Shown: positions 8,886 to 17,767 of the stretch, one piece after another
Layout: every line of letters begins with the position of its first letter
Numbering within the stretch: the first letter of the stretch is position 1
Assembly (NCBI GenBank): GCA_044222185.1
Contig: JBGANV010000003.1
Location: 288,001-352,000, forward strand
Length of the DNA stretch: 64,000 nt
Source of the DNA: Planctomycetota bacterium
GTDB lineage: Bacteria > Planctomycetota > GCA-002687715 > CAIWVZ01
Direction of reading: 5' to 3'
The notes under the pieces: model-generated
What the model was told of the DNA's origin: nothing
Database searches by the model: none
Seen by the model: the letters and a program-made list of their open reading frames with translations, nothing else
Made by a program: the position numbers and the translations under genes

Positions 8886-9317
8886 CACTCCACAGCCTGA
8901 CGCGTGTTCGAGCCCGGTGCCGGCACGCAAAAACGCGGGCGCGGCGGAGGACCTTCCCGTTTATCGGTAGGACAGAGGCAGTTCGTTGACGGCAGCCCGC
9001 GCGATCCACGGAACCCGGTCCGCCCGCGTAGAAATGGGTCGCGCGGCTGCGCGACCTCACGCCTCCGCCGACGTGATCGCACGCAAAGGCGCGCCGGCGC
9101 GCCTGCTCGGAGCGTCCGGGACCCGCCGACGCTGCTGATAGTTGCAGTTCCCGGCTGGAACGGCCGGCCCCGGACGCGCCCCGAGCTTCTCGATCCGTCG
9201 TCGAGAACCGCGGAGGAAACCCGGCGAAGCATCTTCCTGCGCGCGTCCGACGATCAGGCCGGCCCTCGCGACGATGCGTCACCTCCCCGTTGCCGCCTCT
9301 CCGCGGCGACCAGTCTC

Positions 9318-9346
9318 TTGCCCAGCCACCGGTCGACGGATAGACT
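9318..9346 (+). promoter_or_regulatory. Putative sigma70 promoter of the candidate ncRNA
   Basis: TTGCCC (9318-9323), 17-nt spacer, TAGACT (9341-9346). Confidence 0.55.
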
Positions 9347-9352
9347 CGCCGC

Positions 9353-9598
9353 GTCGTAGGGGATCCCGCGCGGACCCCGTGGCGCGAGTGGGCGATCAGG
9401 TGGCTCTGAGCCCCTCGCATCAAACAGACAACGTCGGCCCGACCGGCCGGCATGACAATGGAAAGCGGATGGGGTTGTGTGTCTCAATACACGTAAAACT
9501 CCCTCCTTCCTCTCTACGCCTGAAATCTAGCTCCTCGTCTGCTTTCCACTTTCAAACGAGACAGTTCCGATCAGATGCTGATCGGAACTGTTTTTTTT
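9353..9598 (+). ncRNA. Candidate novel structured small RNA (~245 nt)
   Basis: Bounded by a promoter and an intrinsic terminator; hand-folded hairpins at 9359-9378, 9384-9418 and 9433-9451; 16-bp stem 9459-9474/9533-9548 enclosing a CU-rich loop; no credible ORF. Confidence 0.6.
9561..9598 (+). terminator. Rho-independent terminator
   Basis: ACAGTTCCGATCAG-atg-CTGATCGGAACTGT perfect stem running into a T8 tract (9591-9598). Confidence 0.85.
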
Positions 9599-9629
9599 GA
9601 CGGAGCACGTTGCCGCAGCGCCCGTTTGC

Positions 9630-9657
9630 TTGAGCAAGCGTTCGCCGCTGATAACAT
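9630..9657 (+). promoter_or_regulatory. Putative sigma70 promoter (extended -10) for the chaperone operon
   Basis: TTGAGC, 16-nt spacer, TAACAT with TGn extension, about 80 nt upstream of ATG 9739. Confidence 0.45.
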
Positions 9658-9738
9658 CGCGGCCCGTCAAGCATTAACTGAGCGAAGCCAACGACTTACG
9701 TTCAGCATCCTTCACGCCGAGTGCGCGGAGAGCCATCG

Positions 9739-11634
9739 ATGAAGGCGTGTGCCCATTTCCTGCCGTTCGTTCTGATCGCGACATTCTGCGCAGCTCCGCT
9801 CGCCGCGCAGGAACACCCCAAGCCCAGCGCGGAGGTCGACGCGACGGTGCCCGTCAAGCCGGCCACGCCGGTGCCGCAGCCGCCCACGCAGCCGAACGTC
9901 CTGCAGCCGCAGGGCGTCGAGAAGCCCGCCGATCCGAGCAAGGTGCGCGCGACCTTCGAGCTGCAGGGCGCCACGGTCCCGATCACCGAAGGCGAGTTCT
10001 ACGACGCGTACCGGCGCCTCGAGAAGTTCGACACCAAGCAGGGCATGAAGATCACCGTCGAGCGCGCGTACGAGCACCTGCTCTCCTACGCAGAGGCCAA
10101 GGCCCTCGGACTCGAGGCGACGGCAGAAGAGGTCGCGCTCTACGACCCGCTCGCCTCCAATCCCGAGCTCGCCAAGCAGACGCGTGAGCGCTGGGAGAAG
10201 GATGGCATCACGCAGGCGATGTACGACGCCTTCCAGCGGGAATCCCGCACGATCCAGAAGGCGAAGGACCTCTTCGCGAACTCGGTCCGCGTCTCGTCGA
10301 GCGAGATCTTCGACATGTACCGCCGAGACCACTACACCTACCGACTCGAGTACGTCGAGTTCCTCGCGTCCGCCTACGCGGCCGAACTCCGGCAGGCGAA
10401 ACCGACGGATGCGGACCTGAAGAAGTTCTGGGACGAGAACACGATGGTGCAGAACAAGCACCGGATGCAGGCGACGGTCACGGCGGACTTCGTCTACTTC
10501 GACCCGGCGATGTCATCGGGGAACGCCGTCGAGACACGAACGGTCCCCCGCGAAGAGGCCATCGCCTACTACCAGAAGCACAAGGCGCGGCTCGACTCGC
10601 AGATCCCGTCCGAGCGCCGCAAAGAGCTCTACCCCACCGGCCAGGCGGACCTGACGTCGCTCGTCACGCCGTTCTCCATACTCCGCCCGATCATCGAGCG
10701 GGAGATCCTGCTGTCGGGTCGGGTCGCGACGGCATTCCAGGAGGCCAAGGCGGGTGCAACCGATCTGAAGGCGCTCGCCGCGAAGCACGGTCTCGGTTTC
10801 GTACACATCGAAAAGGCGAACCGGGACGTGATGGCCCAGCAGCACCTGCGGTTCGGCGCGCAGGCGTTCCCGGTGCTTTCGAACCTGAACCCGAACACGC
10901 TGTCGGACGAAGTGAAGATGGAGGGGCAGCTCCACTTCTTCTATCGCCTCCTCGACAAGGAGCAGAGCCGCCTCCCAGACTTCGCCAGCGTCCGCGAGCA
11001 GATCCTCGGCGACTACATCGAGACGACCTCGCTCCAGCGCGCGCAGAACGCCGCCCAGGAGTTCCGCAACTCGATCGACAAGAAGGTGGATCAAGAAATC
11101 GCGGCCGAGCAGGAAACCCAACTCGGCAAGGCCGAAGCGGATGCCAACGCCGAGATCAAGCGTGACAACGTCACGGACGGTCGCCAGATCGAGGGAATCA
11201 AGGCGCGGTATCGACTCCAGGCCGAAGCCAAGATCCGCCAGATGAAGGACGGGATGGCTCCGAAGTACTTCGCTCAAGCGGTCACGGACGCAAAGCTGAA
11301 GCTTCTCGATACGGGCCCGTTCGAAGTCGGCATCCCGCGCGGTGACCGCGGCGCGAACCCCGAGGATGCACAGGCTCGCATCGACTTCCTGAAGACGGCC
11401 TACCAGGTCCGCACGATGGAGGTCGGTCAGATCAGCACGGTCCTGAGCGACGCCGTGACGAAGTCCCACTTCGTCGTTCGCGTGGTCGAGAAGGCCGAGC
11501 CCGACTTCACGAAGATGACCGACAGCGAGATCCTGTCGTTCCGCTCGTCGATCGAGCGCAACAAGTCGTTCCAGGCCGTGTACCGCTGGACCTACTACGA
11601 GATCTCGCGGCGCTGCAACCTCGTCGTCAAGTGA
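9739..11634 (+). CDS. Exported SurA/PpiD-like chaperone
   Basis: Signal peptide (AAPLAAQE); 'VRVSSSEIFDMYRR...YRLEYVEF', 'PTDADLKKFWDEN', 'PDFASVREQI', 'GQISTVL...HFVVRV' PpiD/rotamase-like pattern. Confidence 0.65.
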   Translation: MKACAHFLPFVLIATFCAAPLAAQEHPKPSAEVDATVPVKPATPVPQPPTQPNVLQPQGVEKPADPSKVRATFELQGATVPITEGEFYDAYRRLEKFDTKQGMKITVERAYEHLLSYAEAKALGLEATAEEVALYDPLASNPELAKQTRERWEKDGITQAMYDAFQRESRTIQKAKDLFANSVRVSSSEIFDMYRRDHYTYRLEYVEFLASAYAAELRQAKPTDADLKKFWDENTMVQNKHRMQATVTADFVYFDPAMSSGNAVETRTVPREEAIAYYQKHKARLDSQIPSERRKELYPTGQADLTSLVTPFSILRPIIEREILLSGRVATAFQEAKAGATDLKALAAKHGLGFVHIEKANRDVMAQQHLRFGAQAFPVLSNLNPNTLSDEVKMEGQLHFFYRLLDKEQSRLPDFASVREQILGDYIETTSLQRAQNAAQEFRNSIDKKVDQEIAAEQETQLGKAEADANAEIKRDNVTDGRQIEGIKARYRLQAEAKIRQMKDGMAPKYFAQAVTDAKLKLLDTGPFEVGIPRGDRGANPEDAQARIDFLKTAYQVRTMEVGQISTVLSDAVTKSHFVVRVVEKAEPDFTKMTDSEILSFRSSIERNKSFQAVYRWTYYEISRRCNLVVK

Positions 11635-11663
11635 CCGAAGCCACGGTGAACGGAGTTCGAGAC

Positions 11664-12629
11664 ATGATTCGCATGAAGACCATCACCCAGCTCGCGGCCA
11701 TCGTCGTGTTGACGGCGGCTCACGTCGTCGCTCAGGAGAGCGCGGCGGCAATCTGGAAGGATCTCGAGGCAGCCCTTCCCCGCCACGGGACATCGACGTT
11801 CCAGGCGACGCCCCCGACGCCCAGTGCCGCCATCGACTGGCAGTCCGTCATGGAGAAGACGGAAGGTCTGATGGTGCGCGGCGCAGATTCGGCAGTCGAG
11901 CCCTTCGCCATGTTCTACGTGGCGAACTTCCAGTTCGAGACGGGCCGGCTCGACGAAGCCATGGCGCTCTACGACACGATCCGACAGAAGTTCCCGAAGC
12001 ACGCACTCGTCACTGCATCCCTGACCAAGGACACGAAGCCGCTCCTCGTTCAGGCGATCGAGGACTGCGCCTCCGAGATCGCGTGGCGCAAGAAGTACGC
12101 GCGCCCGCCGATGCAGGTCCCGGTTCTCAACGAGAAGCACACGGCGACGCTGCACCTTTCGGCCGGCGACGTCACGATCGCCTTCTTCGACAACGTGGCC
12201 CCGAACCACACGAAGAATTTCGACGAGCAGGTCGCCGCCGGGCGATTCGACGGCACCAAGGTCGGGCGGATCATGGCTGAAACCGTCGTGAACCTGGGAG
12301 ACCAGGCGACCAAGGCGGATCCGACCGCGCAACCGACTGGCCGCGCTCCGCAATCGCAGTTGCCGTCGATCGCACCAGAGTATTCGAACCTCTCGCACAC
12401 GCGCGGGATGGTCGCGATGTCGCGCAACATGGGCGCAAATGAAAGCTCGGCGACGCAGTTCCAGATCATCTTGAAGGACCAACCGCACCTCGATTTCCAG
12501 CAGACGATCTTCGGCAAGGTGATCTCCGGCCTCGAAGTCGTCGATCAGATCTCGAAGGCGATGAAGAACCAGTTCGAGGTCCCGGCCGCCGACGTGATGC
12601 TGAAGGGCATCACGATGAAGAAGCCGTGA
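11664..12629 (+). CDS. Exported TPR + cyclophilin-type PPIase domain protein (divergent active site)
   Basis: Signal peptide; TPR segment; 'APNHTKNF', 'HTRGMVAMSR', 'HLD...TIFGKVISGLEVVDQI'. Confidence 0.8.
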   Translation: MIRMKTITQLAAIVVLTAAHVVAQESAAAIWKDLEAALPRHGTSTFQATPPTPSAAIDWQSVMEKTEGLMVRGADSAVEPFAMFYVANFQFETGRLDEAMALYDTIRQKFPKHALVTASLTKDTKPLLVQAIEDCASEIAWRKKYARPPMQVPVLNEKHTATLHLSAGDVTIAFFDNVAPNHTKNFDEQVAAGRFDGTKVGRIMAETVVNLGDQATKADPTAQPTGRAPQSQLPSIAPEYSNLSHTRGMVAMSRNMGANESSATQFQIILKDQPHLDFQQTIFGKVISGLEVVDQISKAMKNQFEVPAADVMLKGITMKKP

Positions 12630-12671
12630 TCTGACCTCTCCACGCCCGGAGCCGCACGCTCCCGGGCGACG

Positions 12672-12710
12672 GCGGCCGCCATGGCACCAACGGTGCTGGC
12701 GGCCGTTTTC
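12672..12710 (+). terminator. Probable intrinsic terminator between convergent genes
   Basis: GCGGCCGCCA..GCACC-aac-GGTGC-TGGCGGCCGT followed by TTT. Confidence 0.45.
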
Positions 12711-12754
12711 ATTGGCGACGACCCAGCGCGGCCGCGCGACCAGCGGCCGATCAC

Positions 12755-13984
12755 TCAGCGCGACGCCAGCAGGTCAGCGTGCTGAGAGAGCCACGCGTCG
12801 CGCACCGCGACCAGCCATCGCTCGCCGACCGCGACCTGCGTGCTCGTCAGCCCTCGGACCCATTCGACGTAGGTCGTGGGGCGCGTGACCCCGGCGAGCA
12901 GGGTCGACGTCGCATTGGCCGTGACGCTGATCTCCGGGACCCTCCCGAGCGTCGCGCGCGCCGTCTCCAGGCGGCCCCGAAACCCGCGCTGGAACGCCAC
13001 GTCACCGTCGTCACCAAGGTCGTGTTCAGCGCCGCTGAGGATCTCGGCCGACACGACCAGGTCGTCAGCAAGCCGCGCAAGCTGCTTCGTGCGCTCGTCC
13101 ACGGCCGCCGCGAGGAGAAGGTCCGCCGCCTCGATCGCGGACGTCGCGAATGCATCCCCACGGACGAGGTCGCGCCGGATCTGACGATAGAAGCTCCGTA
13201 ACGCGATCAGTTCGCTGATGTACGCGAGGTTTCGTTGCACCTTCCCGCGAGCCTTCGTGAAGATCCGTGGATCGAACGAACGCTCGCGGGCCGGCAACTG
13301 CTCGGCGTAGACGATGACGCCATCGCCCCTGTCGCGCCGGTACACCGAGCCCGCCGCGAGCACGCTGCCGTAACCCACCGCCATCGGGCCGACGACGCCA
13401 CAATTGCCCCCGAGGAAGATCCGTCGACCCCGGAGGAACACGCCCCGCACGACGTCACCGAACATCGACGGCGTCGCCTTGTCGCCGTGTTTGCCGTTCG
13501 GCGTGAAATTGAAGTGAATGAAGCCGCTCCCGACCTCGCTGTGATCCTCGGCGCTGCTGCCGCCAGCCAGAAGGCAGTCACAGAAGTTGATGAGGCTCCC
13601 CAGGGTCGCGAACGGAAGGAGGATGGTCTGTTTCGTTCCGACACCGTGGCCCGCGCGCGCGCCTTCCTCGAAAAGCGTGCCCGGGCGTGCATATCCCGCG
13701 GGACCGAATTGCGCACCATCGAGGAACACGGCGCCCTCGAACGTCCCGGCCGACAACTCGACGTCGCGACCGATGACGGAGTCACGAACGCACACGGGCC
13801 CGCCCGTGCCCAGGCGCGCCCCTCGGCCGACGGCGGTTTTCTCGCCGTGCAACCGCACCCAAGGCATCAGCGTCGCGCCCGCTTCGATGCGGTCGACGAC
13901 GACCTCCGGCGCGATGAAGACATGCTCCGGCGCCGGAATCTGGACGCCGCGAGCGATCAATTCCAACGTGACCTTTCCCGTCAT
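12755..13984 (-). CDS. GlmU-like left-handed beta-helix (hexapeptide repeat) protein
   Basis: 'LIARGVQIPAPEHVFI', hexapeptide repeats, 'RPGT', 'SLINFCD', 'GSGFIHFNF...DK'; no N-terminal uridyltransferase domain. Confidence 0.65.
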   Translation of the reverse strand: MTGKVTLELIARGVQIPAPEHVFIAPEVVVDRIEAGATLMPWVRLHGEKTAVGRGARLGTGGPVCVRDSVIGRDVELSAGTFEGAVFLDGAQFGPAGYARPGTLFEEGARAGHGVGTKQTILLPFATLGSLINFCDCLLAGGSSAEDHSEVGSGFIHFNFTPNGKHGDKATPSMFGDVVRGVFLRGRRIFLGGNCGVVGPMAVGYGSVLAAGSVYRRDRGDGVIVYAEQLPARERSFDPRIFTKARGKVQRNLAYISELIALRSFYRQIRRDLVRGDAFATSAIEAADLLLAAAVDERTKQLARLADDLVVSAEILSGAEHDLGDDGDVAFQRGFRGRLETARATLGRVPEISVTANATSTLLAGVTRPTTYVEWVRGLTSTQVAVGERWLVAVRDAWLSQHADLLASR

Positions 13985-14108
13985 GGACCCATGCTAATGT
14001 GCGCCCCTCCTCTCCGTCCACCGCCCCGGTCGATAGCGATGAGTGGTCGCACGCAGGTGGAAGCTCGAAGAGCCAGTGGATCCCCTGTCGGTTGGCCTGC
14101 AGAACGCC

Positions 14109-14777
14109 ATGCCCGATCAGCCGCTGATACCCGACGAACAAGTCGCAACCCTGATCGACCCGGACCTCCGCCGTGAGATCGGGGACCCGGTGCCGGTCAA
14201 GTTCGCCGCGACCGTGGTCTACCTGCCGCTGCTCCTGCTCGGGGTCGGCACGTCTGCGTTCTGGTTGAAGACGGTCCCGGGCCCGAACCTGAACCTCCGC
14301 ACGATCGCAATCGATCTCAGCGCGGGAACCGGCACGGCCCTCGTGCTCGTGATCGTCACCTACTTGCTTGCGAAGTACGTGAAGCCCTTCCACGAACTGG
14401 GGCGGGAATTCAGCAACGTACTCGGGACCATGTCGACGCGGGAGGTCCTGCAGATCGGTGCGCTGTCCGGCGCGGCGGAGGAACTCGTCTTCCGCGGGAC
14501 GATGCAACCATGGCTCGCAGGGCACATGGGAACCGGTTCAGCGATCGCCGTCACGAGCGTCGTGTTCGGGCTGTTGCATTTCGTTCCCTACCGGGTGTTT
14601 TTCCCGTTGACCGGGTTCGCCACGGTCGTGGGGCTCATCTGCGGCGCGCTGTTCGAGATGAACCACACGATCGTCGCTCCGATGGTGGCCCACGTGCTGT
14701 TGAACGCGATCAACCTGTGGCTGCTCGTCAGCACGCGCACGCCGGATCGCACGACGCCACGCCCCTCCGCCGGCTGA
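14109..14777 (+). CDS. CPBP (CAAX/Abi) family intramembrane metalloprotease
   Basis: EExxxR (AEELVFRG), FxxxH (FGLLH), HxxxN (AHVLLN); multiple TM helices. Confidence 0.88.
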   Translation: MPDQPLIPDEQVATLIDPDLRREIGDPVPVKFAATVVYLPLLLLGVGTSAFWLKTVPGPNLNLRTIAIDLSAGTGTALVLVIVTYLLAKYVKPFHELGREFSNVLGTMSTREVLQIGALSGAAEELVFRGTMQPWLAGHMGTGSAIAVTSVVFGLLHFVPYRVFFPLTGFATVVGLICGALFEMNHTIVAPMVAHVLLNAINLWLLVSTRTPDRTTPRPSAG

Positions 14778-14786
14778 CCGCGCGGG

Positions 14787-15968
14787 TCACTTCGCCGTCT
14801 TCAGGGCTCGCTCGACGGCCTCACCGAGCGCCGTCGCGCTGCGGCGATCCGTCCGGCTCGACCCGATCTTGACGTGCGCGATCGTTCCATCCGGGGCGAT
14901 CACGACGGTGTGCGGGATCCCCTTCACGGAAAGCGCCTTCAGCATGCGGAAGTCGGAAATCACGGCAACCGGGAATGCAACCTTCTCCGCATCGAGAAAC
15001 TCGCGCAGCAGCTTGTCCTCTTCGTCCGCCGAGCGGGTCTTCTTTCGGTAGTAGGTCGTGAGACCGAGAAACTCGACGGGGCGCCCGGCGAACCGCGTGG
15101 AGAGGTCGCGCATCAACGCCAGCTCGGCCTTGCACGAATCGTAGAAGCTCGCGAAGAACGTCATGACGACGACGCGCCCCTTGCGCTCCGCAAGTGTCCG
15201 TCCCGCGCCGTTCAGCCAGGTACGGACCCCATCCAGCTCGGGCGCGGGCTTGCCGAGCCAGTCGAGCTGTTCGCGTTGCGCGACGAGCGCCGGAGCGTCG
15301 GGGTGCGCCTTCAAGAGCTCGTCGAGTCTCGCACGCGCCTCGGTGACTCGTCCCGATTCCGTGAGCGTCGACACGATCTTCAGGCTCGCGTCCGCCGCGA
15401 GCGGGTGCTCGGCGCCCGTCTTGACGACCTCCTCAAGACGAGCCAGGCCCGTATCGATCCGACCGGCCTGGAGCTGTGCGATCGCGAGGTAATACAGAGC
15501 AGGGATTCGCTGATCGCTCTTCGGACGGTTCTTCAGGAAGTCGTCGTAGACGGCGATCGCCTGGTCCGTGCGCTCCGTGTCCAGGTAGCCGGCAGCGAGG
15601 CTCAAGAGCGCGTCCTCGATGTCCTCGGATTGCGGGAACTCGCGGGTGAACACCTCGAGGTGCGGCACTGCGTCCGCCGGCCGACCGGAGAGCAGCAGGG
15701 CGCGTCCCAAGGGGAATCGCCCCCTGTGGAGATCCGCCGCGCGCGCGGACCAGCCGGTGACGAAGCGCCCGATCGCGGCCTTGAACGATTCGGCGGCCGC
15801 GCGCCTGTGGTCCTCGTCGGCATCCTTCGGCGGCGACGCCAGCTGAAGAACCGACTCGAATTCCTTCTCGATCTCGACGTCGGGGTTCTGCGCCCGCGCC
15901 GCGATGCAGTTCATGGCGAGGAAGAGCACCAGGGCCATCCGATGCACGACGTTTCTCCGCGGCTCCAT
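14787..15968 (-). CDS. Exported TPR + TlpA/redoxin-fold protein
   Basis: Signal peptide; TPR repeats; 'GKPAPEL..WLN', 'GRVVVMTFFASFYDSC', 'GIPHTVVI'. Confidence 0.8.
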   Translation of the reverse strand: MEPRRNVVHRMALVLFLAMNCIAARAQNPDVEIEKEFESVLQLASPPKDADEDHRRAAAESFKAAIGRFVTGWSARAADLHRGRFPLGRALLLSGRPADAVPHLEVFTREFPQSEDIEDALLSLAAGYLDTERTDQAIAVYDDFLKNRPKSDQRIPALYYLAIAQLQAGRIDTGLARLEEVVKTGAEHPLAADASLKIVSTLTESGRVTEARARLDELLKAHPDAPALVAQREQLDWLGKPAPELDGVRTWLNGAGRTLAERKGRVVVMTFFASFYDSCKAELALMRDLSTRFAGRPVEFLGLTTYYRKKTRSADEEDKLLREFLDAEKVAFPVAVISDFRMLKALSVKGIPHTVVIAPDGTIAHVKIGSSRTDRRSATALGEAVERALKTAK

Positions 15969-16000
15969 CGGTGCGAGTCTACTCGGAGAACCGTCGCCAC

Positions 16001-17278
16001 TCACGACGGGCGGCGGGGCATGGGGCCCGGACGGCTCTCCGTCTGCGGGTCGCCCAAAGGCCGCCCGCCGCCGCGCCGACGATCGGGGCCGGGCGGCCCG
16101 GGGCGACCACCGTCCGGCCCGGGCGGCGGCCCCTGTCGAGGCGGCGGATCACGTCGTCCTCCTCGTTTGGGGCCGAGTTCCGGGAGGGCGTCATGGAGCC
16201 GGCGCTGCATCTCAGGCGGCGGTCCTTGGAGGATCTTGGCGCGCACGTCCTCCGGCAGCGCGAGAAATCGCTCGCGGACCGGACGCGGCATCATCCGCAA
16301 GAAGTCCGCGCGACCGGCTTCTTCGAGGCGCTCCGCGCCAAACCGGCGCAGGCTGAAGGGCAGTCGAAGGCGTGCGGGCAACTCCTGGAACGTGCGCTGC
16401 TCCTCGCGACTCAATTCGTCGAACAACGATGGCGGAAGTGGGAAGTCCGACGGCTCCTGTCCGCGCGCGCCGCGAAGCTCGCGCGCGAAGTGGATCCGCC
16501 TCATGTCCCGGGCGAGGCGTTTCATGACGTCCGAGGGCAGCTCCACGAGGGCCGCACGCCGCTGGGGGCTGAAGACCGCTTCGGCGACCTCGGATGAAAC
16601 TCGGCCGCGCTCGAGGTCGGCAGTGAAGGCCTCGAGCAGGTCCGGGTCGACGGACCGGAGCCGCTGAATCTCCGACGGAGTGAGGAACGCGAACGTCCGA
16701 TAGTCGCGAAGGGCCGGGTGCTCGAAGAACTCTCGAGCCGGTAGTGCCTGGAGTTCGGCCCGCAGACGCTCGGGCATCTCGGACCAGTCCTGTCCGTGAG
16801 TCACGACGAAGAGCTGCTTCTGCAGTCCGAGCGTCGCCTCGGCCTTGTCGCGGAGCGTCAGCCGGCTGATGCGATCGATCTCTTCGTCCGCGACCGCGCC
16901 GCGGTTGCGAGCTTCCTCGGCGACGCGTGCAAACCGCCGTTCCACGCGGAGCGTGATGAGTTTCTCGCGCCTCTTCTCCGGTTGACCGGCGAGGGCTTCG
17001 AGCGATGCGCGCTCCTCGTCCGTGAGCGTTTCGATGAACGCCTTCTCGTCAGCGGCCTGCCGGGCCTCCATCAGACGAAGGATGGCTCGCTCGCGGTCGG
17101 GGCCGCGGAGCTGACGCAGCGCCGAACGCTGCTCCTCGGTGAGGTCGAGGAGACGACCGAGTCCCGGACGACCACCCGGCCCGTCCGGCCGCCGATCGGG
17201 ACGGGCCGGCGGCCGATCCTGCGCGGCCAGAAGCGCCGCCAGCGTCAGAAAGGCGAGGATGGTCAACTCCCGTTTCAT
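16001..17278 (-). CDS. Exported helical accessory protein (Spy/CpxP- or DUF3106-like) of the ECF module
   Basis: Signal peptide; 'LDLTEEQRSAL' motif; repeated 'F..LP...R' helices; directly follows the anti-sigma gene. Confidence 0.6.
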   Translation of the reverse strand: MKRELTILAFLTLAALLAAQDRPPARPDRRPDGPGGRPGLGRLLDLTEEQRSALRQLRGPDRERAILRLMEARQAADEKAFIETLTDEERASLEALAGQPEKRREKLITLRVERRFARVAEEARNRGAVADEEIDRISRLTLRDKAEATLGLQKQLFVVTHGQDWSEMPERLRAELQALPAREFFEHPALRDYRTFAFLTPSEIQRLRSVDPDLLEAFTADLERGRVSSEVAEAVFSPQRRAALVELPSDVMKRLARDMRRIHFARELRGARGQEPSDFPLPPSLFDELSREEQRTFQELPARLRLPFSLRRFGAERLEEAGRADFLRMMPRPVRERFLALPEDVRAKILQGPPPEMQRRLHDALPELGPKRGGRRDPPPRQGPPPGPDGGRPGPPGPDRRRGGGRPLGDPQTESRPGPMPRRPS

Positions 17279-17281
17279 GGC

Positions 17282-17767
17282 TCAGTCCGATCCGAAGAAG
17301 TTGGATTGGATCGCATCGATCTCGTCGAGGGTCGCCGCGACCTCGCGCAGGGCCTCCGGTGTCGTCGATTCACGACCGGCGACGACGCGCGCGACCGACG
17401 ATTCGAGCGGCTCGTCCTCGGAGCCCGGCCCCGCGGCTGGCGTTCCATGGGTCGCGTGCGCCAGGTAGCCCCACGCTCCGATCGCAACGACCAGGACCGC
17501 GGCCGCCACCGCACGCCATCGCGGCGGGAACGGCAGCCTCCAGGAGCGCGCCCTTGCGGCCTTCATCGCACGCGACGCCACGAGGTCCGCGTGAAGTGCG
17601 GACGGCAACACGCCGAGGAGTCGATCCACGGCTTCGAGCTCGCGTACGCGCTGCAGCGCCGATGGGTCGGCATCGATCCGCCGCCGCACCTCGGCGGCAG
17701 CGGTCGCGTCGAGCGCGCCGTCCACGAACTCCATCAGGCGATCGTCGCCCAAGTCGTCGTTCGTCAT
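17282..17767 (-). CDS. Membrane anti-sigma factor
   Basis: 'LMEFVDGAL....AEVRRRI' anti-sigma domain (no ZAS cysteines), one TM helix; ATGA overlap with the sigma gene. Confidence 0.8.
   Translation of the reverse strand: MTNDDLGDDRLMEFVDGALDATAAAEVRRRIDADPSALQRVRELEAVDRLLGVLPSALHADLVASRAMKAARARSWRLPFPPRWRAVAAAVLVVAIGAWGYLAHATHGTPAAGPGSEDEPLESSVARVVAGRESTTPEALREVAATLDEIDAIQSNFFGSD

Noticed and set aside
9075-9160. c-di-GMP-I riboswitch (contains ACGCAAAG)
   Set aside because: Lacks the upstream GGCAAAC..GAAA P2 stem and downstream consensus; only a short chance match.
9353-9598. tmRNA, 6S, SRP or RNase P identity for the candidate RNA
   Set aside because: No tRNA-like 3' CCA end or tag ORF, no single long rod with central bubble, no SRP GGAAG..AGCAG loop, no RNase P GAGGAAAGUCC. 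Rfam was not run.
9452-9600. Small ORFs in the candidate RNA (MTMESGWGCVSQYT 9452-9496; frame ending 9600; minus-strand GTG-TAT-TGA after AAGGAGG)
   Set aside because: The plus-strand ORFs lack an RBS and one runs through the terminator; the minus-strand one has only two sense codons. Not fully excluded without Ribo-seq.
9686-9698. IHF-like site AGCCAACGACTTA
   Set aside because: Two mismatches to WATCAANNNNTTR; too weak to call.
15132-15146. Selenocysteine recoding at the redoxin active site
   Set aside because: The codon at the first Cys position is TAC (Tyr), not TGA.
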